This document shows positions 17,397 through 26,437 of a stretch of DNA of 36,119 nucleotides, in pieces (within the stretch, counting starts at the first letter, position 1; the number at the start of each line of letters is the position of its first letter). The stretch is from a virus. Its lineage: Duplodnaviria > Caudoviricetes. The translations under genes and the position numbers were made by a program. The notes beneath the pieces are model-generated. The model saw only the letters and a list, made by a program, of their open reading frames with translations, ran no database searches and was not told the origin of the DNA. Where the stretch lies: the IMG/VR virus record IMGVR_UViG_3300012931_000052, positions 1-36,119 of that record. One strand, 5' to 3'.

Positions 17397-18019
17397 TAAG
17401 CTTGCCTTATCCAAAACGCATTCGTTATACCCATCGATTAACCCTCTACAAAAACATCAATGATATCTTTAATGGTCCGATAACTTCCTCAATAACAGGC
17501 CTATCTTATCCAACAGAGGATTTTAAATTAGCACTAACCTCCTCGGGAATTTGTCGGGTAAAGGTTACTGGCTTATTGGATGGTGTATCTGTTACAGAGC
17601 GTATTTCATTTGGCGAAGCCGGAACCCAATATTCTCTTAACACTTTTGATACAATTTCAACGTTGACTTCTAATTATTTTGTAGCAGGAACCACCTTGCA
17701 GGTACAGGCCGTGGACTCTGTTGGAATGCCCCTAGTCTGGAAACAAACTTTTGGTCCGTACGGTGCGGAATTTGGCCAACAAGGCGGAATGTCTGCTCAA
17801 ATTCAAGCAAATGAACTAGGCTTGGGAAGCAAAATTGTTCATTATTGCAGGGTGGAGCGAGCGGCACCTGTCAGCCGAGACATGACATTTACGATTAGTC
17901 CAAATTATCCAGATCAAGTGTTCGTTCCAGTAAGTGATTTTGAAAATATATCAGTGCCGCCTTCATATGTACCGTCTGAGTGGGCCTTCCGAAGTGTCGC
18001 TAAGTATGTTGGTGAATAA
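17393..18019 (+). CDS. Putative head-closure/neck protein
   Basis: 208-aa beta-rich ORF in the neck region; start may be TTG 17402. Confidence 0.4.
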   Translation: MISLPYPKRIRYTHRLTLYKNINDIFNGPITSSITGLSYPTEDFKLALTSSGICRVKVTGLLDGVSVTERISFGEAGTQYSLNTFDTISTLTSNYFVAGTTLQVQAVDSVGMPLVWKQTFGPYGAEFGQQGGMSAQIQANELGLGSKIVHYCRVERAAPVSRDMTFTISPNYPDQVFVPVSDFENISVPPSYVPSEWAFRSVAKYVGE

Positions 18020-18035
18020 AAAAATAAATTAAATA

Positions 18036-18275
18036 TTAATATTCTTCTTCTCGGTCAATACAGTCATCATATTCTTTCCAAGAATCCAGACCGCATAATT
18101 CGTGCATGTACTTCGCGGCCTGTAGTCCTGTATCGAAGTATTGGCCCGCTACGTAATATTTTCCAGTGCTAGGAGAATATCCAGCCCATAATGAGCCATC
18201 TTCGCCTCTTGGAAGTTCAAAACTGATCACATGGGTCTGTTCAAGTTTCTTTGTCATTTCTTTAATTGATAGCAT
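18036..18275 (-). CDS. Hypothetical protein in an antisense cassette
   Basis: 79 aa; preceded by the 46-nt promoter/RBS unit. Confidence 0.6.
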   Translation of the reverse strand: MLSIKEMTKKLEQTHVISFELPRGEDGSLWAGYSPSTGKYYVAGQYFDTGLQAAKYMHELCGLDSWKEYDDCIDREEEY

Positions 18276-18280
18276 ATTAC

Positions 18281-18326
18281 TTCACCTCGTACTATACTAG
18301 TACTTATTAGAATAAATAGTTTTTGG
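18281..18326 (-). promoter_or_regulatory. 46-nt promoter/RBS unit, copy 2
   Basis: ttcacctcgtactatactagtacttattagaataaatagtttttgg on the + strand. Confidence 0.75.
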
Positions 18327-18790
18327 TCGTGATAAACATAACTTCTCAAATTGAGCCCATAATCCAATTTATCTTGGATGAGCTGCACCAAGACAGTGAA
18401 CTTGTTACCCTCTGCGACAACCAATTCTATACAGGACTGCTCCGAATCCCGGTTACACTAACTGCACCTCACTATACAAGAGTTGGTATCCTTTATGCAA
18501 GTGATAGTGGAGATGGCTGCTTCTTTACTCAAGTGCGGGACTTTGACAAACTTGATATCTCTATAATCATAACGGTAGTTTGTGGTCTAGGAGAAAATGA
18601 TAACCATTGCAGAAAAGTTATTAATGCCATGAAAACCTTATTTTCAACTCATAGAAAAAAGACCACAGAAACTTATAAAATTTATATTAATAAAATTGAT
18701 TCCAAGGTGGAACCCACTGATCAGGCCAGATGGACCGGAACCATTACAATGAATGTGGAATATTATACAGCAGTACCTGACATTGATTGA
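18323..18790 (+). CDS. Putative tail-terminator-like neck protein
   Basis: Helix-beta-beta-helix-beta pattern ending RWTGTITMNVEY; size and position fit; start codon uncertain. Confidence 0.45.
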   Translation: MVVINITSQIEPIIQFILDELHQDSELVTLCDNQFYTGLLRIPVTLTAPHYTRVGILYASDSGDGCFFTQVRDFDKLDISIIITVVCGLGENDNHCRKVINAMKTLFSTHRKKTTETYKIYINKIDSKVEPTDQARWTGTITMNVEYYTAVPDID

Positions 18791-19116
18791 GTGGACTTCC
18801 ACTCTTGGAATTCTTGGTCTGAAGAGAATTCTATTATGCATGAGCAACCTCTATATGCACGTTCATCTGTTATGTATCTAAGGCAGGCATCTATGGCATA
18901 CTGTAGGTCCTTCGATCTAAAGGATCGGAATCGACGTCCGCCTTCGCGCTCAAAAGTCCAAACATCATCGGTATTATATTTAATAGTCTTATAATATTTT
19001 ATACCATGAACAGATACATAATCATCTACCTCATCCCAGTTGATTATCAGGATGTATGTTTTTCTAGGATCTAGGATGTTTAAAGTACCATCTGAATTTA
19101 ATGTGATTGTTTTCAT
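18763..19116 (-). CDS. Hypothetical protein, tandem paralog B
   Basis: TLNSDGTLNI, NW, KYY, EREGG and DLQY motifs shared with 19113..19442. Confidence 0.7.
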   Translation of the reverse strand: MKTITLNSDGTLNILDPRKTYILIINWDEVDDYVSVHGIKYYKTIKYNTDDVWTFEREGGRRFRSFRSKDLQYAIDACLRYITDERAYRGCSCIIEFSSDQEFQEWKSTQSMSGTAV

Positions 19117-19442
19117 ATCAGGTTCCTTTCTTTGGCGTTTTCGAATTCTTCTTTCGACTCAAATTCAAAGATCTTCATTAAGTCATATGCATGATTTGTG
19201 CTGTCTTGATACCTTCTTAGATTTTCACTCAGGCAGTACTGTAGGTCCTCTTTTTCTAGTCCAAACCAACCTCCTTCGCGTTCTAGTCGGAAATATCCAT
19301 CGGATTTGACTGGAAAGTAGTATTTTTTTCCACTGAGTCTTACCCATGATCGTTCTTTTATCCAATTGACAACTAAGACAAAGAACCTATCTGGATTGAC
19401 TATGTTCATACTACCATCTGGGTTGAGTGTTAACTCTTTCAT
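19113..19442 (-). CDS. Hypothetical protein, tandem paralog A
   Basis: TLNPDGSMNI, NW, KYY, EREGG and DLQY motifs; TATA about 25 nt upstream, so probably leaderless. Confidence 0.7.
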   Translation of the reverse strand: MKELTLNPDGSMNIVNPDRFFVLVVNWIKERSWVRLSGKKYYFPVKSDGYFRLEREGGWFGLEKEDLQYCLSENLRRYQDSTNHAYDLMKIFEFESKEEFENAKERNLI

Positions 19443-19488
19443 AATAGGTTGTTTACTACTTTACGTATATATACATTTTGCTTTGTGG

Positions 19489-19524
19489 ATCGTAAAACAC
19501 TAACTTTTACCTTCCAATATGATT
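19489..19524 (+). promoter_or_regulatory. Putative late promoter/activator site, copy 2
   Basis: ATCGTAAAACACtaacTTTTACCTTCCAATATGATT. Confidence 0.7.
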
Positions 19525-19548
19525 ATACTTCTATCAGGTGATTCTTTC

Positions 19549-19887
19549 TTGACAAGACTTATTGATTTATTTCGGGATGGTCAACTATCCCTAAGCGAGT
19601 ACCAGACATATTTGGATCTGGGCTTTGAACCAAGTGAAAGCGTGCAATTAAATTCAGGTCGCAGTGCCGAACTTGTAACACTTTCTTATATGGATTTGGG
19701 AGCAGGCCGATCTTGGACAGTTAAGGCCGGCGAAACCTTAATGGGCTATATTGGACCTTCTCAAGATATGACCAATAACGGAACCATCACAAATGCCGGC
19801 GATATCCTGATGCAGTATAATGCCGGCACATTGATCAATACTGGAACCATAGCAAACACAGGTAACTTTACATTAAAATCATTATAA
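19549..19887 (+). CDS. Virion protein with short beta-helix-like NxGTI repeats
   Basis: TTG 19549 after AGGTGA; NNGTITNAG, NAGTLINTGTIANTG repeats. Confidence 0.55.
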   Translation: MTRLIDLFRDGQLSLSEYQTYLDLGFEPSESVQLNSGRSAELVTLSYMDLGAGRSWTVKAGETLMGYIGPSQDMTNNGTITNAGDILMQYNAGTLINTGTIANTGNFTLKSL

Positions 19888-19907
19888 ACAAACTTTGGTG
19901 ATTATTT

Positions 19908-20483
19908 TTGACAGGAACTCTAATAATGGATGGCGGAAGTATAACTTCTGATGTTGCAAAGACAGATTATGAAGTACAAATCCCATTGGTCCCAGTGTTT
20001 TCTTCTGGAACTTGGACCGCAACGGATAGCAGTGATGTTGTTATTATAACAAGGACTCCTGCGACTCAAACCGATTATTATAAAATTCCAATTATTATGC
20101 CTTTTCGGTCAACTGCTTTGAAGGGTGCTAAACTCAAATCCGTTACAATGGTTGTTACTCTAGGTGGGACTTTGTCAACATCTTCAGATGATATTGAAAT
20201 GAATATTATAAAAGTTACCACCCCAGCAGATGGATCTTCTCCAGTTGGTTCTGTTTTAGCCGGTGATTCTGGCAGTGATTACCAAACGGCTTACGACACA
20301 AAAGCAAAACGTCTTGTTTCTGGGACACATAATTATATTGTCACAATTCCAACTGGAGAACAAGCATTTTTGGCAAGTGGTGAACAACTATATCTTAGAC
20401 TAAAGGTAATAGATGCTGGTTCTGCTGACCTGACTTGCGTCCTCAAGGGTGCTGTTGCCTCTTTTGATTTTAATGGATTGTAA
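19908..20483 (+). CDS. Hypothetical beta-rich structural protein
   Basis: TTG start after GGTGA; Thr/Ser/Val-rich. Confidence 0.55.
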   Translation: MTGTLIMDGGSITSDVAKTDYEVQIPLVPVFSSGTWTATDSSDVVIITRTPATQTDYYKIPIIMPFRSTALKGAKLKSVTMVVTLGGTLSTSSDDIEMNIIKVTTPADGSSPVGSVLAGDSGSDYQTAYDTKAKRLVSGTHNYIVTIPTGEQAFLASGEQLYLRLKVIDAGSADLTCVLKGAVASFDFNGL

Positions 20484-20521
20484 ATAATATAAGGTTAATT
20501 TTTTTTGGTTAGGAGAGTCTC

Positions 20522-21517
20522 ATGGCAAATATTGGAATCGTGTCAACTGCTAAGGGAGAGATGCTTACTAATGCGCATATAGCATCTCTTTCACGGGCAG
20601 ACCAAGGTTACTACGTCCTCTCTGGATGTGATGTTAACCAGTCCGGAACCCCTGGAATGTCCGTGGTGGTAGATTCTGGTTATGTCCAAGTTACTTATTC
20701 AACTGAAAGAAAGACAGTAACTGGCGGTACATTAACCGTTGCAACTGCAGATGCAACTTATCCAAGAATTGACGTAATTTATGTGAATACAGCCGGAACT
20801 ATCTCAATTTATGCTGGTACGCCTACCGCTATTTCTCCCTCTAGTAAGACTGATTTCAGACAAATGGCAACTCCGGCACCTGGAAGTAGTATTCCTAATG
20901 GTGTCATACTAGCCTTGGTTTATGTCGGAGCAGGTGTAACCTCAATATTAAATGCCCAAATTTTAGACATTGCATCATACGGGCCATATTGTGTTGAGGC
21001 ACCAACTTCAGCCACAACTAGTGGTTATGTCCCTCAGTGGAGCTCTACTGCAAAGACACTAGGTACTGGTTTGGCAGTGGGCACAAGTGCAAATAATCTA
21101 CTCCAATTAAATGCAAGTGCCCAGATACCAGCAGTGAGTGCTGCACTAGTCACTGGACAAACTAAACAAATTACTGTTATTATTGACGGCGGAACAGAAG
21201 TAATTTCAACTGGTGTGAAGGCTAGAATACCAGTTGATTATGCATGCACTATAAGTAATTGTACTATGGTAGCTGACCAGTCTGGCAGCATAGTGGTTGA
21301 CATATGGAAAGTTGCGTATACTAGCCTTCCTGCTACTGTTTCGAATACAATAACCGCTTCGGCAAAGCCTACGCTCTCTGCAGCCTTGAAATATCAGGAT
21401 ACTACTCTTACGGACTGGACGAAGACAATCGCGGCAGGCGACTGGTTATATTTCAATGTAGATAGTTGCACTACGATAACCCAGATTACTATTGATCTAA
21501 AAGTGGTGACAACATAG
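20522..21517 (+). CDS. Tail fibre/baseplate-associated protein
   Basis: GMSVVVDSG, TADATYPRIDVI and GTSANNLLQLNASAQIPAV motifs common in fibre proteins. Confidence 0.65.
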   Translation: MANIGIVSTAKGEMLTNAHIASLSRADQGYYVLSGCDVNQSGTPGMSVVVDSGYVQVTYSTERKTVTGGTLTVATADATYPRIDVIYVNTAGTISIYAGTPTAISPSSKTDFRQMATPAPGSSIPNGVILALVYVGAGVTSILNAQILDIASYGPYCVEAPTSATTSGYVPQWSSTAKTLGTGLAVGTSANNLLQLNASAQIPAVSAALVTGQTKQITVIIDGGTEVISTGVKARIPVDYACTISNCTMVADQSGSIVVDIWKVAYTSLPATVSNTITASAKPTLSAALKYQDTTLTDWTKTIAAGDWLYFNVDSCTTITQITIDLKVVTT

Positions 21518-22539
21518 TGACGTATTATTATTTTTTATTTGATGGTACAGGTGGGACTCCTACTGGATATACTGCAATAACTGCTTATGATGGGAAGTAT
21601 CTTAGATTTTCTAATTCTTATGCTGGTTTTGGATCAACTGGTGGATCTGCTACTCATACACACACAACTAGTTCGGCATCGGTTGGTACATGTGGTACAT
21701 ATTCAGATAAACAACAAAGTGGATCTGGTGCCGCAATTCAACAAGCACATAGTCATTCTGCACCAACATCTTATGGAGGTCTATCTGCAAATAATGCTCC
21801 TTCGTATTACACGTTGCAATTGATACGAATAGATATGACAACTTGGGAGAATTCCTACAAGAAGTTTCCAATTGGTTCTATACTATTGGCATCAAGTACC
21901 CTTTCCGGATTTACAGAATTGTCAAGATTTACGTCTGCAGATGGTAAACTAATAAAACTTGGTACAGCAGGTTCCACGGGTGGATCTGCTACTCATACAC
22001 ATACACTAACAGGCACTTTGCAAAACAATACCAGTACATACAATTCGAATACGTCATCAGACTATCCTGCTTATCCAACATTAGCTGATAGTCATAATCA
22101 TACAGTTTCAATAACCACACCTAGTGTTGATATAATGCCAATAAGAATACAGACGAGAATGTATAAAGTTTTGTCTAAGGCGTATAGAGCAGCAGCAGGT
22201 TGTATTGCATTTGCAGATGGTAATCCAAGCGCAAATTGGGAATTAGTGGATTGGAATGGTTATTTCTTACAAAGTGTAGATTCTGATGTAGTAACAACTG
22301 GATCTAGTACACATGCACATTCTTCATTGTCTGGGACAAGTTCAGGGCACAATCCGGGTACGGTAGCAGCAAAAGACGCAAATGCAATCAATACAGCTAA
22401 TCGTCCTCACTATCACAGTTTTTCCATAAATATGGATAGTATAGCCCACACTCCTGAGTATGTGGATTTAGTGCCCATTCGTTTAAAGAATACTCTACTT
22501 GCACAGAAACCAAGATCTATCTGTGTTAACTCTAATTAA
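21517..22539 (+). CDS. Tail fibre/collar-like protein with HxH repeats
   Basis: Three repeats containing GSTGGSATHTH or GSSTHAH plus a second HxH motif each. Confidence 0.65.
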   Translation: MTYYYFLFDGTGGTPTGYTAITAYDGKYLRFSNSYAGFGSTGGSATHTHTTSSASVGTCGTYSDKQQSGSGAAIQQAHSHSAPTSYGGLSANNAPSYYTLQLIRIDMTTWENSYKKFPIGSILLASSTLSGFTELSRFTSADGKLIKLGTAGSTGGSATHTHTLTGTLQNNTSTYNSNTSSDYPAYPTLADSHNHTVSITTPSVDIMPIRIQTRMYKVLSKAYRAAAGCIAFADGNPSANWELVDWNGYFLQSVDSDVVTTGSSTHAHSSLSGTSSGHNPGTVAAKDANAINTANRPHYHSFSINMDSIAHTPEYVDLVPIRLKNTLLAQKPRSICVNSN

Positions 22540-22541
22540 AT

Positions 22542-22973
22542 ATGACAATTGAAGAAATTGCCGAGAATATTGGCATGGATTTTGAAAACAAGATCAGGGA
22601 AAAGATCCTGTCCAATGTCCCACCCGAGAATGCTCCAAGTACCATTGCAGCGAAAGGTTCCTCCCATACTCTAATCGATACTGGAGAACTTCTAGCAAGC
22701 ATTACCCATATTGTGGAGCAAGGTCCCACTGGACTGACTATAACTTCTGGTGTTCTCGACGAGGAAATCGCCAATAAGGCAGCACCCAACGAATACGGTG
22801 TCGTTTGGGAAAATCGTCCACGAAAGGGAAAGGAAGAAAAAGAAGGTCATGGTCCTTGGTTTATCCCACCTAGATCCTTTATTCGCAGTACATTCGATGA
22901 GAATATCGAAGAGGTCCTTGACAATGCTCAAGACCAACTTTACAATTATGTTTTTAAGAAGTTAAGCAAGTAA
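22542..22973 (+). CDS. Tail-completion/virion morphogenesis protein
   Basis: PENAPSTIAAKGSSHTLIDTGEL, NEYG and IPPRSFIRSTFDEN motifs. Confidence 0.8.
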   Translation: MTIEEIAENIGMDFENKIREKILSNVPPENAPSTIAAKGSSHTLIDTGELLASITHIVEQGPTGLTITSGVLDEEIANKAAPNEYGVVWENRPRKGKEEKEGHGPWFIPPRSFIRSTFDENIEEVLDNAQDQLYNYVFKKLSK

Positions 22974-23077
22974 AAAAGAAGTTATTAAAAACTTATAATA
23001 ATTTTTTAACAAAATTAGGAAAAAATAAAAATGAATACTACAAAAGTAAAATATGAGGAATCTTTATTGTCGCTACG

Positions 23078-23650
23078 ATGAACGTGACTGAGCTGAATGG
23101 ATCTGGCCCGACCGCTACAGTCATCACACAGGGCCGTTATTGCACAATGGACAGTTATAATCCTGGATTAAGTAATCCTTGTGTTGTGCCTGCTACAGGC
23201 GTGAACTATTCCTACTGGAAGCACCACTATATAGCCTTTTCGGGAGATTTTACCCAGATTAGTAATATTAGGTGGTATACAAGCGGAAGCGTACGGACGA
23301 ACTGGGCACTTGGTACTGATGGCGGTCTCTTTGTTGGCGTCAAGTCAACTGGAGACAACGGATGTCCCGTTGGTAGTTATGACCAAGCAGACGGTGTCCT
23401 GGGAACTTCTGGCTATGATATGGACGATGTTACAAATGGTCACACCTACTACAAGTCAGGTACTTCCAATCACGCCGTGCCTGCGGATGCCGATACTTAT
23501 GTTGCTGGCAGTACTTTGCTTGTGGATAGTGGACCATATACCACTGCTGGAAGTTCCAATTGTGTTGTAACCCAAGTCATAATCGATACAGATGCTACGC
23601 AAGGTGACAAAGCTTCGGAAAGTTTGGTGTTTCGCTACGACGAGATATAA
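23078..23650 (+). CDS. Hypothetical structural protein
   Basis: Gly/Thr/Tyr-rich, ending FRYDEI; may start at the in-frame ATT 23066. Confidence 0.55.
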   Translation: MNVTELNGSGPTATVITQGRYCTMDSYNPGLSNPCVVPATGVNYSYWKHHYIAFSGDFTQISNIRWYTSGSVRTNWALGTDGGLFVGVKSTGDNGCPVGSYDQADGVLGTSGYDMDDVTNGHTYYKSGTSNHAVPADADTYVAGSTLLVDSGPYTTAGSSNCVVTQVIIDTDATQGDKASESLVFRYDEI

Positions 23651-23665
23651 ATAATAAAATTTAAA

Positions 23666-23710
23666 TAAAAATAGGAAAATGAACTTACTCCTATTTTTAT
23701 TATTTTTTCT
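23666..23710 (+). terminator. Hairpin plus T-tract terminator
   Basis: TAAAAATAGGA...TCCTATTTTTA 11-bp inverted repeat followed by T runs. Confidence 0.55.
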
Positions 23711-23750
23711 ACCAAAAACTTTATATACTAGTTCTTTTAATTAGTATATT

Positions 23751-24938
23751 ATGACAGCACAGAACAAATATTGTAAAAACAAAGATTGGCTATATGATCA
23801 ATACGTAAATAAACGCAAATCTATGCCAAAGATTGCAGAAGAACTTGGTATACAAGCAGAAACAGTACGTGCTTGGATCCATAAGCATGAAATACCTATA
23901 AGATCAGGTTCAGAAAGTCATTCTGGTGATTTACATCCATTGTTTGGTAAACACCATACACCAGAAGGTAAGAAAAATATATCAATATCTCTTAGTGGCG
24001 AGAATAATCCAAACTATGGAAAGAAAAGACCAGAGCAATCAGAACGAATGAAAGGTTCTGGTAATCCAAGGTATGGTGCGATTATTTCTAATGATCAGAG
24101 ACATCAACAAACAAAATCAATGATAAAATTTTATGAAGAACATCCAGAAGCAATTATAAATTTGTCAGAAAAAAGGAAACAATATTACATTGATAACCCA
24201 GATGCTGCTAGAAAGCATGCCGAAAAAATAAAACAGTATTATAAAGAACATCCTGAAGTATTACAGCAAGCAGCAGAAAAACGTGTCCAATACTATTCGG
24301 AACATCCATTATCAGAAGAAGAAAAAGAGCAGCGTGCTTCTCATCTATATGATTACTTTAATAGCCACCCAGAAGCCCGAAAAGAACACTCAAAACTTAT
24401 GAAGGTTAATAATCCTTCGATGAGACCTGAAGTTGCTGCTAAAATTTCTGATAGCATGGTAGAGTGGCATAAAAATAATGCAAATCCAGTGGGAACTGGT
24501 AGTATGCCAGGAAGATTCTTTACTTGCAAGGATGGAAATAAAATATGGTTAAGATCATCATATGAATTTAGAGTTGCAAGTATTCTTGAAGAATTAGGAA
24601 TATCTTGGAAATGTGAGCCATATGCTTTTCCACTTGATAGTTTACATACATCATATCGTCCGGACATTTATTTACCAGATAGTAATATTTGGATAGAAGT
24701 AAAAGGTTATCTTAGTTGGAGTAGTAAACAAAAGCTTATTGAATTTAATAAAATATACCCAAACGAAAAATTGTTATTAGTATATCTGAGACAAATAGAG
24801 GAAATCGAAGAAAAAGTCGTAAGAAAAGAAGTAATCAACATACAAGATTACTGCATAACATTAGAAGACCAAATTGAATCATGGAAATTAGAAGATATAG
24901 AATTAGAAAAATTAAAAACAACATTACATATATTATAA
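23751..24938 (+). CDS. Free-standing homing-endonuclease-like protein (HTH, NUMOD3-like repeats, PD-(D/E)XK nuclease)
   Basis: N-terminal HTH (SMPKIAEELGIQAETVRAW), HPLFGKHHT and NPNYGK motifs, C-terminal RSSYE...YRPD...IEVKG; own BRE/TATA at 23712-23727; AT-rich. Confidence 0.8.
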   Translation: MTAQNKYCKNKDWLYDQYVNKRKSMPKIAEELGIQAETVRAWIHKHEIPIRSGSESHSGDLHPLFGKHHTPEGKKNISISLSGENNPNYGKKRPEQSERMKGSGNPRYGAIISNDQRHQQTKSMIKFYEEHPEAIINLSEKRKQYYIDNPDAARKHAEKIKQYYKEHPEVLQQAAEKRVQYYSEHPLSEEEKEQRASHLYDYFNSHPEARKEHSKLMKVNNPSMRPEVAAKISDSMVEWHKNNANPVGTGSMPGRFFTCKDGNKIWLRSSYEFRVASILEELGISWKCEPYAFPLDSLHTSYRPDIYLPDSNIWIEVKGYLSWSSKQKLIEFNKIYPNEKLLLVYLRQIEEIEEKVVRKEVINIQDYCITLEDQIESWKLEDIELEKLKTTLHIL

Positions 24939-24984
24939 TAATATTTATATCTTCTTTTTTATAACACCAAATTTAAAGCAAACT

Positions 24985-25611
24985 ATGAGGCAAGTTAAAA
25001 TGAAGCAAGGAACCCATATTATAGCACTAACCCCAGGATACATCAATATCCAAGTTGTACCGAAATTTTTAAACGAAACTAATAATAAAATTAATATTCC
25101 CGAGGAAGATCTTGGTTATATTATCCCGTTAAAACTTTTCTTAACAGACTCCTTTAATAAAGAATTTTGTGGGGTCTTTGAAATTGGTACGGTCTTCTTT
25201 AATGAAAATATTCGCCGAGACATCTTGGATGAATTATACCGGGATAATGTACAATTTGATATTTTTGTCCGGCAAGTGAAGTCCGAGGAACAAACAGGTC
25301 CCAAAGTCCTCCAAGAATACCGAAATTGTAAGTTTTATCGCCAAGAACTTTGCATACCAGAAGTTGGCCTAATAACATTCTATAGGTATCATTTTAGCAA
25401 CAGTGACAAACCGTGGGAAATTTCCACGGAGAAGATCGAAGCCTTGCGCATGCCCAATCAATACATATATGATTATGCTGTATCAAAGGCGATAAAGAAT
25501 CTACAATATAGTCTAAAAGACATTTGGAACGAACAGAAACAAGAAAATAAGCAAGAAAATAAGCAAGTTACAGCCAGTGAATATGTGAATATTGTTCGTT
25601 CTGGTGAGTAA
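24985..25611 (+). CDS. Tail-tube paralog (candidate tube initiator/baseplate protein)
   Basis: YIIPLK, GVFEIG, FDIFV and YRNC segments parallel YIVPLK, GDFEIG, FTIII and FNRC in 33122..33640. Confidence 0.55.
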   Translation: MRQVKMKQGTHIIALTPGYINIQVVPKFLNETNNKINIPEEDLGYIIPLKLFLTDSFNKEFCGVFEIGTVFFNENIRRDILDELYRDNVQFDIFVRQVKSEEQTGPKVLQEYRNCKFYRQELCIPEVGLITFYRYHFSNSDKPWEISTEKIEALRMPNQYIYDYAVSKAIKNLQYSLKDIWNEQKQENKQENKQVTASEYVNIVRSGE

Positions 25612-26427
25612 ATGTCTTCCATTATTGAATTAATGTGGATAAAGGTTTATAAAGACGAGCAAGGTCAAGATCGCTTTATTCCACAATTCCGAGACGATGG
25701 CACCCAACAATTCTGGACAGATACTCAGGATATTAAGCCCTATAAACTTGTTATAACGCCGATTGGTCATGAGCTTGCTGACAAACTTGTCGCCAACAAG
25801 ATCCCAGCAATTTCGGTACCACTTCCCAAATATACTTTTTTCCTGCAACCAGATGACCAAGTTAAAGCCTACTGGGACAATGAGATAGAAATTAATTCCC
25901 ATTATGAGTGCTCGGTTTGCAGACACACTTGGATGCACATGGATTCTAGTAAGTTCTCACAATGCCCGAACTGCTTGGCAACAGACATTTGGTTTTGTAG
26001 AAGGTGTTCCGTGGATGCCAGTAAAGACCTCCTAATGGAAAAGGAGCGTCGCGAAATCGAGTATGAATCCTACTCCCAGAAACTAGCATCACAATTTGTA
26101 ACGGCAAGTGACCAAGACAAAAATAGCATTCGCGAGAAGCAGGTTGCTGCAAGAAAAGCCTTAGACGAATGGGAAATTGCTAACCAAGTTGTCAAAATTG
26201 TTGACCAAAGCAGGGTCCATAGAAACTCCGTTAAGGACGAAAAATCTGGTAAAGGCAAGCGCGGAGAAATCAACTGTCCAAATTGTGAGATACCTTATGG
26301 ACTCAATCGCAAAAACTTGTTATATCGGGTTCATGACGTAATTGAAAACACGGATTACGTTATCTTGGTAGAAGGTAAGTTCAAACTTATCATCAAGCAA
26401 GATGAAGTAGAAACATATTCTTTATAA
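25612..26427 (+). CDS. Zinc-finger protein with four CxxC motifs
   Basis: CSVC, CPNC, CRRC and CPNC, with a coiled-coil insertion. Confidence 0.6.
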   Translation: MSSIIELMWIKVYKDEQGQDRFIPQFRDDGTQQFWTDTQDIKPYKLVITPIGHELADKLVANKIPAISVPLPKYTFFLQPDDQVKAYWDNEIEINSHYECSVCRHTWMHMDSSKFSQCPNCLATDIWFCRRCSVDASKDLLMEKERREIEYESYSQKLASQFVTASDQDKNSIREKQVAARKALDEWEIANQVVKIVDQSRVHRNSVKDEKSGKGKRGEINCPNCEIPYGLNRKNLLYRVHDVIENTDYVILVEGKFKLIIKQDEVETYSL

Positions 26428-26437
26428 ATTTTTTGAG

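Noticed and set aside
19519-19548. ATG 19519 as the gene start
   Set aside because: It lies inside the conserved motif, where the equivalent ATGs open only tiny ORFs; the AGGTGA RBS favours TTG 19549.
23651-24984. Group I intron or intein around the endonuclease
   Set aside because: The flanking genes look complete, the spacers are short and AT-rich with no visible ribozyme core, and the ORF has its own promoter.
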